Source: Heptranchias perlo (Eukaryota). Taken from it: a DNA stretch of 64,000 bases. Of the stretch, positions 27,317 to 40,700 are shown piece by piece. The stretch's first letter is position 1, and each line of letters opens with the position of its first letter. A program made the translations under genes and the position numbers. The notes beneath the pieces are model-generated. The model was not told the DNA's origin and did no database searches. It saw nothing but the letters and a program-made list of their open reading frames with translations. Where the stretch lies: contig NC_090363.1 of assembly GCF_035084215.1 (NCBI RefSeq), positions 3,782,001 to 3,846,000 of the forward strand. Reading direction: 5' to 3'.

Positions 27317-27415
27317 TTGTAAACAATTTTACAACACCAAGTTATAGTCCAACGATTTTATTTGAAATTTACAAGCTTTCGGAGGCTTCCTCCTTCCTCA
27401 GGTAAATCTCCACAT
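27317..27415 (-). mobile_element. Penelope family B mini-element with hammerhead motif (27367-27407)
   Basis: 13-bp TSD ccttctcttagag (27304-27316, 27416-27428). Reads AUUUAC-CUGAGGA-A-GGAGG(AAG)CCUCC-GAAA-GCUU-GUAAAU. Confidence 0.85.
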
Positions 27416-27461
27416 CCTTCTCTTAGAGGGAGGTGCAGACCGAGGGGAACCCAGGGCACAG

Positions 27462-27652
27462 CCCCAGTGCCCTAGTCCCAGAGCCCCAGTTTCAGTGCCC
27501 TAGTCCCAGAGCCCTAGTTCCAGTGCCAGTGCCCTAGTGGCCGAGCCCCAGTTCCAGTGCCCTAGTGGCCGAGCCCCAGTTCCAGTGCCCTAGTGGCCGA
27601 GCCCCAGTTCCAGTGCCCTAGTGGCCGAGCCCCAGTGCCAGTGCCAGTGCCC
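27462..27652. repeat. Minisatellite of about 28 bp at the start of NEU1 intron 1
   Basis: Repeated ccccagttccagtgccctagtggccgag units, about 6 copies with variants. Confidence 0.85.
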
Positions 27653-27995
27653 AGCCGCCAGCCCCCCCCTTCCGTTTGGGTTTACCTGAGCCGACAGCGC
27701 GGTGCTGGAGACCAGGAGCAGGAGGAGCAGGAAAAGGCCGGCGACCAGCGGCTGTAGGGCGCCGGCCAGTCTCCGCGCTGACACGTCCCCGCGGAAGCCC
27801 GGCGGCCGCACCGAGGACATCCTCCTCCTTTTCCTCCTCCACTCCCTCACGACGCCGCCAAATCCATGGGCCGCTTGCAGGAGACTCCTCCCGACCGCTT
27901 GTCTCTCTGCTCCTGAGGCCCCGTCACTCACTCCACCCTGCATTGGGTGCGGGGCCGTATTATTACGTTGTATGACCGCTCTTCGAAGGGCGGGG
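27650..27995. promoter_or_regulatory. CpG-island-like NEU1 promoter and first exon
   Basis: Dense CpG/GC tract spanning exon 1, with a GC box (gggcgggg) near 27988. Confidence 0.55.
27686..27820 (-). CDS. NEU1: Sialidase-1 exon 1 (signal peptide)
   Basis: MSSVRPPG...LVAGLFLLLLLLVSSTALSAQ followed by a GTAAA donor. Hydrophobic signal peptide, phase 0 fits exon 2, lies in the CpG island. Assigned by context rather than strong homology. Confidence 0.72.
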
Positions 27996-27999
27996 AATG

Positions 28000-28650
28000 G
28001 TTCACTTTGCATTCAGCTCCTGCTCATTAAAAATCTCTTCACTGTCCTGCAATCTTGCTGTCCGGCGGAGGCGGGGTCCCCAGTGGAGAGCTCACTGCAC
28101 GGGGAGTCCTCCCCTGTGCCACTGAGGAACTGGGGTAGAGAGTGTTCCACAGAGCAGTCCCCACAAACAGCCATTTCACAGACTCCCAGGTAGCCTGCTA
28201 TTCCTATGGCCTGGATGAGTCCGTGTTCCATTTATTCACAGGGTGTGGGAGGCTGCAGCCCCTGTTCCGCTATTTGAAGGCGCTGCTCCTCAAGTTCTGG
28301 TTGCACTTCAGTCCCACGCTCCTAATCTTTGGCCACCCAGAGAGGAGGGGAGGGGGGGGGGGCGGGCAAGTCGGAGGACGTCCTTGAGGGTCTGCTCCTG
28401 GTCCTGTTCAAAGTGGCCAACTAGGCGTGGCCCACGGGAGCCGTCGCTTCGACTGTCCGCCTCTTTTCCGCGGCATTCTCCGCGCCCGGGTGGTCCTGGA
28501 GAGGGAGCACGCGGTGTCTGCCGGTATGCTTGAGGCTATCCGCGACCGGTGGGTGCCGCAGAGACTGGAGTGCATCCTCGATCAATATAATAAAATTATT
28601 ATTTGACATTGTTTATTATTTGGTTTTGATTTTGGTTTTTAAAAAATAAA
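28000..28650 (+). mobile_element. Tx1/L1-clade LINE 3' fragment; a second inverted 3' piece lies at about 28840-29010
   Basis: HFTDSQVAC..GLDESVFHLFTGCGRLQPLFRYLKALLLKFWLHFSPTLLIFG resembles the Cys/His C-terminus of Tx1-type ORF2. Confidence 0.6.
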
Positions 28651-29724
28651 GCACACCCTTACCCCCTCTTATAAAAGGGGGCCTAAACGCACACACACAC
28701 AAATCTTCATTGTCCTGCTTGGGAAGCCTTTTCTAACTAACGCATAAGGTTGCCCCAGTGCCACCCAGAAAAACCAAACTAAAGTGCCCCCTCCCCTTTT
28801 TAAACGGGCACAACTAATGAAGAAACTTAATCCCAAAACCAAAGGAAACTTATCAACTAAAATAATAATGTTATTCCCACTGCCAACTATGCACTCCAGT
28901 GCCCGCCGGTCACGGAAGGCCCCAGCATCCCGGCAGACATCCCGTGCTCCTTCTCCAGGGCCACCTGGGCGCAGACAAGGCTGCGGAAGGGAGGTAGGCA
29001 GCCAGAGGGACCACACTCCCCCCCCACCCTCCCCCCATCATGGACTGCGTCCAACCTGCAACTGCCTGCTCGGCATGTCAGTGCTTAAGTGTGGATGGGG
29101 TGCTTCTGTTGTTGTTGCCCCTTACTTTTTGATAAGATGAATAACCAGAGGACACAGATTTAAGATAATTGGCAAAAGAGCCAGAGGGGAGATGAGGAGA
29201 ATTTTATTTACCCAGTGAGTTATGGTCTGGAATGCACTGCCTGAAAGGGCGGTGGAAGCAGATTCAGTAGCAACTTTCAAAAGAGAATTGGATGTATACT
29301 CGAAGGGGACAAAATTACAGGAATATGGGGACAGAGCAGGGGAGTGGGACTAATTGGTTAGCTCTTTCAAAGAGCTGGCACAGACATGATGGGCCAAATG
29401 GCCTCCTTTTGTGCTGTACAATTCAATGATTATCTTTTAAATTGAGCACCAAATAGCGAGGTAAGAAATGTAGGCAAAGACAGCTATAATTAAAGATGCT
29501 ATCACTCCAACAATGTACAACGTTACATCGGTGGGTCTAAGAGCTGTTGTTGAACCCGCATAGTTTATGAGTCAGGACCATTGCAAAACACTGAGACGGA
29601 ACAAAAAAAAACAGCAGGACATGCAGCAAAGGCACACGTCTGCAGGTGAACTAAGAAGGACCTTTTAAATTTAGGATCTAAAGTTTAAAGGGAGAGGTTA
29701 GGAGATTTTTTTTCGAAGGAAAAA

Positions 29725-30182
29725 AAGATTTGCATTTATACAATGCCTTTCATGATCTCAGGATGTCCCAAAGCACTATACAGCCAATTAAGTACTTTTG
29801 AAGTGTAGTCACTGTTGTGATATAGGGAACGCAGCAGCCAATTTTCACATAGCAAGGTCCCACAAACAGCAATGAGATAATGACCCGATAATCTGTTGTT
29901 AGTGATGTTGGTTGAGGGATAAATACTGGCCAGGACACTGGGGAGAACTCCCCTGCTCTTTGAATTGGTGCCGTTGGATCTTTTACATCCACTTGAGAGG
30001 GCAGATAGGGCCTCAGTTTAATGTCTCATCCAAAAGACGGCATCTCCGACAGTGCAGCGCTCCCTCAGTACTGCACTTCGAGTGTCAGCCTGGATTATGT
30101 GGTCAAGTCTCTGGAGTGGGACTTCAACCCACAAACTGCTGACTCAGAGACAAGAATGCTACCCTCTGTGCCAACGCTGACA
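29725..30182 (-). mobile_element. DeuSINE, near full length
   Basis: Reverse complement of the 11924-12361 family. Confidence 0.8.
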
Positions 30183-30392
30183 CTATTCATAACACAGAAG
30201 GTCCATCCAGAAACTGTGGTGGAAGTAGAATCCAGAATAGCTTTGGAGGTGGGTAAATATTTGTAAAGGGAATAAAATGTAAAAGGGTATGGGGAAAGGT
30301 CAGGGGATTTGGGCTAACGTGGAGAGCTCTTACAGTAAACTGACCAGGTGCGCTGGGCCCGAATAACCTCCTTCTGCACTGTAAAATTCTAT

Positions 30393-30578
30393 GGGGGTGA
30401 AATGGGTCTTTGGTGAAAATGCAAAAATGGACGATAGCAAATCGACAGCCTGTTTTGTACCGGGCCCAATTTTCTTATCCGTTGACTTCGATGTGGAGTA
30501 AAATTGGGTGGGGTGTAAATCGGGCTCCCGATTCGTTATCGCCCTTTTGCCACTTTTGCTGAAGACCCATTTCACCCC
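30393..30578. mobile_element. Palindromic MITE-like element
   Basis: Terminal inverted repeats ggggtgaaatgggtctt and aagacccatttcacccc. Confidence 0.7.
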
Positions 30579-30949
30579 CAAGGATTCCATTCAACATTTC
30601 TGTAGTGTGGGTTGCAGGAAGCTGATGACCATACACTGGTTCCCTGCATTGACTTTGCTACAAGGCTGTGTTGGCAACATCGTGACCCCTAGTATACATC
30701 CGAACAAAAAATGCAGGATAGTGGGAGTGTAATTGCACACCATTCGCCCAGCATTCTGCCTGGGATGTGTAATTATGCTCTTAGTTTTGGCTACAGTTGA
30801 TACATAATCACATGAATGGCTTAAAATAGTTGATGATGAACATTATTGAATGATTGTTTGAATTTAGATACCATTTAAAAATCATTGGACTACTAACAAA
30901 TCTGAAGAGGCCCAAGGAAGATCAAGTGGGAAGTGAGACTAGACAATGG

Positions 30950-31413
30950 TGTCAGCTGCGGTTCAGCGGTGGCACTCCCGCCTCTGAGTCAGAAGGCCGT
31001 GGGTTCAAGTCCCAATCCAGAAACTCGAGCACATAATCTCAGCTGACACTCCCAGTGCAGTACTGAGGGAGTGCTGCACTGTCAGAGGTGCCGTCTTTCG
31101 GATGAGACTTTAAACCGAGGCCCCGTCTGCCCTCTTGTGGACATAAAAAATCCCATGGCACTATTTGAAGAAGAGCAGAGAAGTCTGTCTGGTGTCGTGG
31201 CCAGTATTTATCCCTCAACCACCATCACTAAAACAGATTACCTGGTCATTATCACATTGCTGTTTGTGGGAGCTTGCTGTGGACTGTATGCAAATTGGAT
31301 GCTGCGCTTCCCTGCATTGCAACAGTGACTACACTTCAAAAGTACTTCATTGGTTGTAAAGCACTTTGGGATGTCCTGAAGTGATGAAAGGCGCTATATA
31401 AATGCAAGTCTTT
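30950..31413 (+). mobile_element. DeuSINE, near full length
   Basis: tRNA-like head, Deu domain and aggcgctatataaatgcaagtc tail. Confidence 0.8.
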
Positions 31414-33016
31414 TTTTCTAACCTGCGCCCAGGTAATGATTAGTGCCTTTAAAAGGAGATACATTTGTAGGGAATTTTAAAAAAAATCAAATCAACCTGG
31501 TTGATTTAAAATGTTCTTCCGTGCACAATAAAACAACTAAAAGACTCACTAGCTAAATATATCTGTTTATTAAAGTACATCATCAAATCTGCTTGGGTTT
31601 GAGGCCCGTACTGCCTCTGGGAGGAAATGACACATTAAAAGCAGCAGCACCACCATCTGTTCAGATCATTTTACTACATGAGAAATCTTTGGGCCAATCT
31701 CATACAATGAAAACATGCAGAAAGTTGGTGCAAAATGTTCGGTGATTCCAGCTGCTCAGTAAAATAAGTACATTTTCACGAGTTAAATTAATTATGAAAT
31801 AAAAAGTAGATCTTGCCTGTTTACATGAAGCTACAAGAGAGCTGGCATTTTCAGAGGGGACATTGGGCTGGAGGCCCTAAGATCCGGGTGGAATGGACAT
31901 TGGTACGAAACATGAACTTTCCATCGTCATTGATCCGAGCAGGAATTTTTCACTTTTTATGATTCCAAAATGGGCCTCAGTTTCAATATTACAAACGAGT
32001 CTTATAGTGCGAGACAGACCTTCAATGAACTTTATAATAAAAAAGGACTTTCTGGCAGTTTATGCACTTTGCAGAAATAATAGACTTCACTGCACAGGTA
32101 CTTGCAAACAGAAGTAAAAAGGTTATTCAGTTGCGCTAATGGAATGTGTATTCATAGTATGAAAGAAAGAACTTGCATTTATACAGCACCTTTCATGACT
32201 TCAGGACACCTCAAAGATCTTTACCGCCAATGAAGTACTTTTGAAGTGTAGTCAATGTTGTAATGTAGGAAACACAGCAGCCAATTTGCACACAGCAAGG
32301 TCGCACAACAGCAATGAGATAAATGACCAGATAATCTGTGTTAGTGATGTAGGTTGAGCGATAAATATTGTCCAGGACACCGGGGAGAACTCCTCTGTTC
32401 TTTTTCTAAATAGTGCCACGGGATCCTTTATGTCAAGGGTCTCATACTCATTTCCTATGGTGGGCCTGATCCGATATCCTGGCACTTGGCCACATTCATC
32501 AAAAGTTATTAAAATAGAAATAGATGAAAGTAAACTGTATTGGTACTTACTTATATTTAGATTTTATTCACTGCTACTGCTGCTCCCTGATACTTGGCAC
32601 CTCTTAGCTTGAACCATTGCATCAACACTTAGAGCAAATGACTGGGCTGAGGCCTGCCTAGGATCAAAACATGAGGAGCACTTGTCACTACAGAACACTG
32701 TGCCTCAACCACTAACCCTGGAAGTGAATTCCACACCCTCATAACAGCCTGTGTGAAGAAGTTTCTCTTGATCACTGTTCTAAATCTCTTAAATTTAATC
32801 ATGTATCTATGGCTCCTCATCCAGACCTCTGAACCGCTGGAAACAGCCTACTTCGATCTACCTCTTCCCATCTTTCAGAATTTTAAACATTTCTATCATA
32901 TCGCCCAGGAATATGTGTTGAATATGAGAAGGACGAGTCCTAACAGAAAGGGCATAAAGTCAGAATGGGCCTGAGACTGAGCCACTACCTTTCCGGTCAG
33001 GAATGCACCTAAATCA

Positions 33017-33627
33017 AAAGCAAAATACTGCAGATGCTGGAAATCTGAAATAAAAACAGAAAATGCTGCAGAAGCTCAGCAAGTCAGGCAGCATCTGTGG
33101 AGAAAGAAACAGAGTTAATGTTTCGGGTCGAAGACTTTTCATCAGAACTGGAAGATGTTAAAGTTAAAATGGGCCGAATGGCCTCCTTCTGAGCTGTAAA
33201 TTTCTATGATTCTATAAGTTTTTAAGCAAGTGCAGAGCCAGGGAAAGGGTGGGGGGAGGGGAGGAAAGAACAAAAGGGAAGGTCTGTGATCGGGTAGAGG
33301 GCAGGAGTGATTAAATGATAAAAGGGATGATGGTGCAAGGCAAGGAGGGTGGGAATGGGACAAACTAAAGATGGGTCTAGAGGAACTGTAAATGGCAACA
33401 GCAGAACCATTACCGCAACTGCTGTCCGACAAAATAAAAGAAAAAAAATGGGAGCAGTGGTTATGATTTGAAGTTATTGAAATCAATGTTGAGTCTGGAA
33501 GGATGTAAAGTGCCTAATCGAAAGATGAGGTGCTGTTCCTCAAGCTTCCGTTGAGATTCGTTGGAACAGTGTAAGAGGCCGAGGACAAAGAGGTCAGAGT
33601 GGGAGTGGGACGGGGAATTAAAATGGG
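33017..33627 (-). mobile_element. Penelope family A 3' fragment with degenerate hammerhead (33113-33149)
   Basis: Similar to 3279-3865; encodes SQRKLEEQHLIFRLGTLHPSRLNIDF; CUGAUGA...GAAA core present. Confidence 0.75.
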
Positions 33628-33845
33628 AAACTCCTGTCTTGTTTGACTTCCTGTGCTCGTAATCTGTTATAAAACCACAACTGGCTGCCTCAGTGATTAT
33701 TAGCTCTAAGCCACAAGCAAATAACACTCTCTGCCACACATACCTTGTAAGCATTATCTCTGGGTCCTCCACAATAGGGCGGAAGACTGCAAGAAGAGGG
33801 GAAAAGAGGAGTCCTTCTTTCCCATGGCAATCTGCGTGCTTTACT

Positions 33846-34610
33846 GTCATATCATAGTATCATAATAGGTACAGCACAGAAGGAGGCCATTCGGCTCATC
33901 GAACCCGTGCTGGTTCTTTGTAAGAGCAAACCAGTTAGTCTCATTCCCCGCTCTTTCCCTGTAGCCCTGCAAATTTTTTCCCTTCAAGCATTTATTCAAT
34001 TCCTTTTTGAAAACCACGATTGAATCTGCTCCCACCACCCTTTCAGGCAGCGCATTCCAGATCATAACTATTCGCTGCGTAAAAAACTTTTCCTCATGTC
34101 GCCTTTGGTTCTTTTGCCAATCACCTTAAATCTGTGTCCCCTGGTTCTTGACTCTTCCGCCAATGGGAACAGTTTCTCTTTGTTTACTTTATCTAAACCC
34201 TTCATGATTTTGAACACTTCTATCAAATCTCCTCTCAACCTTCTCTGCTCTAAGAGAATAACCCCAGCTTCTCCAGCCTATCCACGTAACTGAAGTCCCT
34301 CATCCCTGGAACCATTCTAGCACATCTTTATACACCCTCTCTAAGGCCGTCACATCCTTCCTAAAATGCAGTGCCAAGAATTGAACACAATACTCCAGCT
34401 GAGGCCTAACCAGTGTTTTATAAAGGTTCATCATGACTTCCTTGCTTTTGTATTCTGTGCCTCTATTTATAAAGTCCAGGATCTCGTAAGCTTTTTTAAC
34501 TGCTTTCTCAAGCTGCCCTGCCACCTTTAAAGATTTGCGCTCATATATCCCCAGGCCTCTCTGTTCCTGCATCTCCTTTAGAATTGTACCTTTTTGTTTA
34601 TATTGACACC
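33846..34610 (-). mobile_element. CR1 LINE fragment
   Basis: LYKTLVRPQLEYCVQF and WNALPERVV motifs plus the CR1 tail. Confidence 0.85.
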
Positions 34611-37600
34611 ACAACACGGCCCTGCATCACGCTATTGACACTGCACGATTTAGGGTTAGTGGATATTTGTTAGACTGAGGGGTTAGGATTGAAACCACTA
34701 TTGACAACACCATTGTCACTCGCCGTGTATTTTTTATTTTCATGCTTTTATCTCACGTAGATGGGTTACAAAACAAGCTCATGAATTGTTCATTCAAGGA
34801 AACTTCTTCTGGTCCAAGCCCGATTTCCTCCCTTTCACATCTACATTTCTCACCGAAAAAGACATAAGAGACATTCGACTTTGGAATTTTGCCACAAGAA
34901 CAGACAGATCCAGGTGTTGTGCTGGTTACATTCAGTCATCGGTCTGCCTGAAAAGGTCTTCTGAAAATATCTTGTCACCAGGTCCCACCAGTTACCATCT
35001 GATTCCACTGTGATATCTTCACCCATCACCTGGAATCATCTCCAACACGGCGATGGAGGGTCACCATCACCTGTGGAGCAACATTACAGGCAGGAAGGTC
35101 ACCAGGTCCCTGCACTGCACACCTCATTCTACCCGGTAACTTCCTCCCTACAATTGACCATCTATTTGTTTTTTCTCTCCCCTCCTCCTTTCCCCCAGCC
35201 CCACAGAGGCCCTCACTGATCTTTCAGTTCCCAGTTCCGATGCAGGGTGTATACCCAAAATGTCAACCTGTCTTCTCTCTCCACATGTGATGACCGACCT
35301 GTGTATTTCCAGCTGTTTGTTTTTATTATTTTATTACTCCGGTCTTGGAAATGGTTATTAATTTCATGTTTACTGGTCTCCAGTTCACCAACAAAAACAA
35401 TTTTATCCAAAAAGAACATGAAAACCTTTTTAGTGAAGCAAATAAAGTGAGAAAATTAAATTACCAAGAGGCTGCTTTTCACAGGTGGAACTGTCCTCAG
35501 AATTTATCCCAGATCACTTCTTACTCTGTTTTATTTTTATTTCCCTCTGTGTAGATGTCCCAAGTATATTTATGTTTGGTCAGGTACATACTTTACTGGA
35601 AATTCAGGATGTCACCAGCGGTGTAAAGAGCCAGGGTGGAATTTTATGAGGCCATGTGTAACTGGCAGAGCCTCACATGGTCCGGGCAGCTTATCAGAAA
35701 ATTGCTCTTTCATTGCCCGCGGTTTTTCATCAAGTGATATGAGTGGGAGGGAAATCGTGGGCAGTCCGCCCGCAATGTTGTGATCAGCCGGGCGCAGCGT
35801 GTGAGGGACCTCCGCAAATTTCACCTCAAGTTGATATCGCTCCCGGGAAACCAGACTGAACGGGGGCGATATTGGTCTTGGACAGGAGCGTAAAACAGGT
35901 GATCGTGAATCAGCCGCCCGTTTTACACCCGCCCGATTTCCTTTTCCATTGAAGTCGATTTTACACTACCGCCCAAGACCAATTTCACCCCCAGAATTCC
36001 TTCATTGATTTTTATTTTGTTCTTAATGAATTTGCATCTAATGAGGGTCCATGTGGTTTTAGAGCAGTCTCACCACCTTTATTACTTCCATTAATTTAAC
36101 AATTCAAATAAAGCAAATGAAAAGAAAAAAGTCTCGTCAGACAAAAACTCCAAAGCAGGAAGTCCAAGTGCTGGTTACGAGTCTATCAATAACTTCACTA
36201 CTATTCACTGCAATATCACAGTGAACATTTAGAAGCACAAGCCCAACTAATGGGTTTCCTCTGGTCAAATTGCAGAACTGACTCGCAATGGATGCTTGTT
36301 TCTTTGTTCTATCAAGTGATCGAAGGCACGTTCTTTCCAAAGAAGGAGCGGTCCGATATACTTAAAAAAAATAGAAATTTCAGATGTGTTTGAACAGCCT
36401 GAACACGCCCCCTCCCTGCTAACGCACCTGCAGTGCACTGAACATTACAATATGCAGGACGTTAAACAATTACAACACAAAGGACTTTGCAGTGCACCAG
36501 AGGTTACTTCATTGGTGGTGTTCAGGCAGCTTCATAAAGCTAAACTGATGGCCCTCTTGGAGAAATGTAGACATATTTTTGAATATTTGGGATTTAAAGT
36601 TTTATTTCCCATGCTCTTACAAGGGGTAGACTAATGACAACATATAGTCATGGTCATCAACTTTATTAATATGACGTAGATGGCATTATAAAATGGGAAA
36701 ATAAATGTTTCAGTAAATTATTGAGCTGCATAAAACTTATGTAAAGAGCAGGCATTACCTCCTCCACTGATAAACTGCTTTCTAATCTAATAAACACAGA
36801 CCTTCGCTGACACTGAGAGTGTTCTGTGCTTAATAGATTGTCAGGCTAGTGGTAGCAAGATCAATCATATCAAGGTGATTGCAAAAGTATCAACTCTGCG
36901 ATATTCTTGCTGGGACAATGACAGAAACAAAATACATCTGGAAAGTTACATTTTATTATGGACAATGACATGAAATTAGTCCCACTGACATTTGGAAACA
37001 CACACGGGAACTAAAACAAGATTTCAAGATAATTACAGACGAGGAAGGCCATTCTGCCCCTCATGATCCATCCATCCAGAGAGATCTTAACATCCTCCCA
37101 TTGTAGCATTGAATTGTTTCTTAAATTATTCCAGGGTTTTTGTCTCCATTACACTATCTGGAACGTCACGTCACGTTTTGATGACACTTTGGAATGAATT
37201 TTCAGGCCTCCCGCTGGTGGAAACAAGGCGTTAGTGCCCCCAAAAATGGTGGGCAGTGACGTGCCGCCTCGTTGCTGTGGCCAAGGCAATATTTCCCCAG
37301 ACCGACCGTTGGATGGCCGGTGCAGCCCTGAGTCAGGTGGTAGGCCCATTTAAAATGCAAATCAGGGTCATATAGATAGAATCATACAGCGCAGGAGGCC
37401 ATTTGGTCCATCATGCCTGTGATGGCTCTTTGAAAGAGCCATCCAATTAGTCCCACTCTCCTGCTCTTTCCCCATTGCCCTGCAAAATTTTCCCCTTCAA
37501 GTACTTATCCAATTCCCTTTTGAAAGTTACTATCGAATCTGCTTCCACCACCCTGCCAGGCAGTGAATTCCAGATCATAACAACTTGCTGCGTAAAAAAA

Positions 37601-38522
37601 AATTCTCCCCATCTTGAAACTGGTTCTTTTGCCATTTATTTTAAATGTGTCCTCTGGTTTCTGACCCTTCTGCCACTGGAAACAGTTTCTCCTTATTTAC
37701 TCTATCAAAACCTTTCATGATTTTGAACACTTCTACGAAATTCCTCCGAAAGCTTCTCTACTCTAAGGAGAACACCCCCAGCTTCTCTAGATGTGCACAC
37801 AACCCCGATTGCCATTTTTGACTGAACTGAGCAGAGCGTGTACTGTGCACACTCCGAGCACTATCAGCTGCCACCCCGGCCAAAGAGGATCCCAAAGGAA
37901 AGTTCCCCTTCATTACTGTGGGACTGGGAGGAGCAGGAACGCTCCTCCAGACTCCACAAAACCAGCCTTTGCTACAGCCGCTCTGGTTGCCCCCTCTAGA
38001 CATCGGGTAGTTCAACATCCTATTAGCTTGTTGATTGATGCTCTGCATTGTTTGGCCATAATTACATTGCGTTTACTCTCCTGGGTCTCTTCCAGCTTTC
38101 TCCTCAGCTATTTCAGCACCATTCACAGAGTGTGCCTTGACTCACTGACAGCCTTCACTCAGTGGGAACACTCTTGCCTCTCTTCCACTCCACAGACTTG
38201 AGCACATAATCCAGGCTGACACTTCAGGGCAGTACTGAGGGAGCACTGCCCATGTTTTAATTCTCTGTCTCTGCGCCCCGATGATTCTCGATGTTCTTGA
38301 GGTTTTTTAATTTAATTTTACTGGAATCTCTGGACCAGTTGCCATGAGTTTGTTCCACTGCACCGATTAAACAAACAAATATCACCAACAAGACATTGTC
38401 ACTCGGTTGTACCCGTCCTGACCTCAGGTGACATTTGCACCATCCGCACCACTGGGGCCGACGGCCAGCAGTTTGCAGCTGGCAGGAGGCAGGAGGCGGT
38501 GTGGGATTATGGGATGGACCGG

Positions 38523-39073
38523 TCAGTGACCTTTAACCCCGAAGATTGTCAGCGGTGCTGAGTTTTTACCGTCATTATTCCATCCCGGACTGAAGATCGG
38601 AAAGAGTCTCTCGGTGAAAGTGTGGGTGAAAGTGTGGAGATGGGACATGTTGTCCGCATTGTAAAATGACACCTGTCCGCCCTCATAGTCCAGGTACACC
38701 CCGATCTTCCGGGGATCCACACTCGGGGTGAGGGGGGTCCGTGAGGGGGAGGTGGCGGCAAAATAGCGTCTTCCAGGTAACAGCCGTACAACCCAGTATC
38801 CGGACTGAGGATTCAGGCCGATTCCCCCTTTCCTCTCGGCAGACTCTCGGGCCACTCCCACACGCCACCAAGTCTTGTCCCCCACCTCCACCTCCCAGTA
38901 ATGTCTCCTTGATGTGAATCCCTCCGATCCCAGGACACAGGGCCAGAGATCAAACCTCTCCGGGGTGTCAGGGAGCCGCTGCTGTTTGTCTCCGAGTCTC
39001 ACACTGGTCCGGTCCTCAGACACGATGAGCCCGGGATGGTTTGTCTTCGGATCCAGAGTCAGAGAGGCTGGAG
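38523..39073 (-). CDS. TRIM copy 1 exon 6, PRY-SPRY (B30.2) domain
   Basis: (A)[24 protein letters not shown]...[27 protein letters not shown]...[17 protein letters not shown]...LFPIFSP; CAG acceptor at 39074-39076, stop at 38523. Confidence 0.95.
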
Positions 39074-39899
39074 CTGGGGGAGAGTGAAAATAACAGTCAG
39101 TGATTCAGTTTCTTGCTGTGATTTATTCAAACACTTTCCTGTTTAAAGTGCCCACTCGGGGGATTCCTGGGACCTCCGGTGTGTTTAAAGGGCTCCAGGT
39201 TCTGTTATTGGAATCTGCTCCCACCCGGGGGTTTACGCTCCTGGAACCGCTCTGACCTCAGGTGGACACTTCGATCATGACCCGCTGCAAGGAACCCCGT
39301 GGTCACCCAGTCCCCTGCGGCTCTCAGCCCCTGCACAGTGACCCAGGGGCCTTTAGAGATTCACAAGGAACCGGCGCCAAGAGGCTCCGACGTGGTTTGG
39401 AGGCACAATCTCGGCCTGAAGGCGTCACCCCTGATACCCCCACATCACCAATCAACGGGATCGCTGAGGGGAGAGGGGGAAGATACAGATACCAAGGGGA
39501 AAGAAAGAAGGGAAGGAAAAGAGTAAAAGAACAAAAGAGGGCAACTGCTGCAGAAAGGGAGAACGGAAAGAAACTAAACTCATCAGAGGGAATGGGAACA
39601 AGAACAGAACCCGCAGAGGGAGGGAGGAAAAGGGCCAATAATAAATAATTCAAGGGGGAAAAGTAGAAAAAGTAAGAGGGACAAAGAAGCTGCGGCCCAC
39701 AACTCGATCTGCCCAGGAACGCAAGCAAAACTGGAACAACCCCGCGTTCCCCACATCAGCATTCCTCACACTCGCCCCACGTATGGACAACACAGTAACC
39801 ATGAGTGGAGACCCGAACTGTGATCTTCACTCCCAACGGGTCAAGCTCCAAGCGGATACAGGGCATGAGGACAAGCAGTCGGAGTAATTTGGGGGCAAA

Positions 39900-40700
39900 G
39901 TAATGACCTGGTCCCACACCAGCTAATAACACCCCTACCGAGTTTTACAAAGCCCCAATCACAGAGTTTACTCCCCTCCGAGTGAAACACACTTAACTTA
40001 GTCACAAGCCTGTTAATACATATGAACAGAAAGGTCACCACGTTAAGTGCTCATGGTAGAAAACTAAATCCCTCCTCAATATTGACTAGAAAATATTAAC
40101 CAAGGTCTTAACCTCCACACACCTCCGGCCTGGTCCATGCAAACAAACAGGCTTCATAGGGAGCTGCATGTGGAGGTATAACACCAGAGGCTATTCAATG
40201 TGATGCCCCACTGTCATACCTCTCCCTTGATACTCTCCCTTGATGCATATTAAGGGTATTAAGGGATATGGGCCAAAGGCAGGTATATGGAGTTAGATCA
40301 CAGATCAGCCATGATCTTATCAAATGGCGGAGCAGGCACGAGGGGCTGAATGGCCTACTCCAGTTCCTATGTTCCTATAAAAGACATTTGTCTCGGGCAA
40401 GTGGAATGTTTTCTCAAGACAATTGAGAGAATAAGCCTTGGTGACACTTTCAGGAAGTGGGTTGCAATCCAGTGCTTGCTCCCCATGTCCGCAGTGAGCA
40501 CCAGTTGACTCCATACCCCTCGCCACTCCTCCTCCCTCAACGGCCAGGCAAAACCTCGTTCCCAGGTCTCCTCTTGCTTCGTGTCCCAATCTTGGTCATG
40601 GACATGAGCCTGGCACACAAGGTGGAGATACATCAGGAGGATGTCGTATTGTGGAGGAGGAAAGGGTTGTTGGGAATTGCCTCTTGCTGAAGTTTGCAAA
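39900..40700 (-). mobile_element. Degenerate L1-like ORF2 fragments interrupted by a CR1 tail
   Basis: ETWERGFAWPLREEEWRGVW resembles fish L1 ORF2 C-terminal segments; weak signal. Confidence 0.35.

Noticed and set aside
27590-28012. 140-aa ORF as an extended NEU1 N-terminus or a separate gene
   Set aside because: The upstream part has no ATG start and runs into a LINE remnant; the downstream part is intronic minisatellite. Only 27820-27686 fits a signal-peptide exon.
35225-35265. Further hammerhead motif
   Set aside because: The core is degenerate (CCGAUGC...AAAA); only a decayed Penelope-terminus relic.
39262-39728. 128-134 aa ORFs in TRIM intron 5
   Set aside because: Purine-rich low-complexity sequence, possibly a LINE 5' remnant; the TRIM frame is complete without it.
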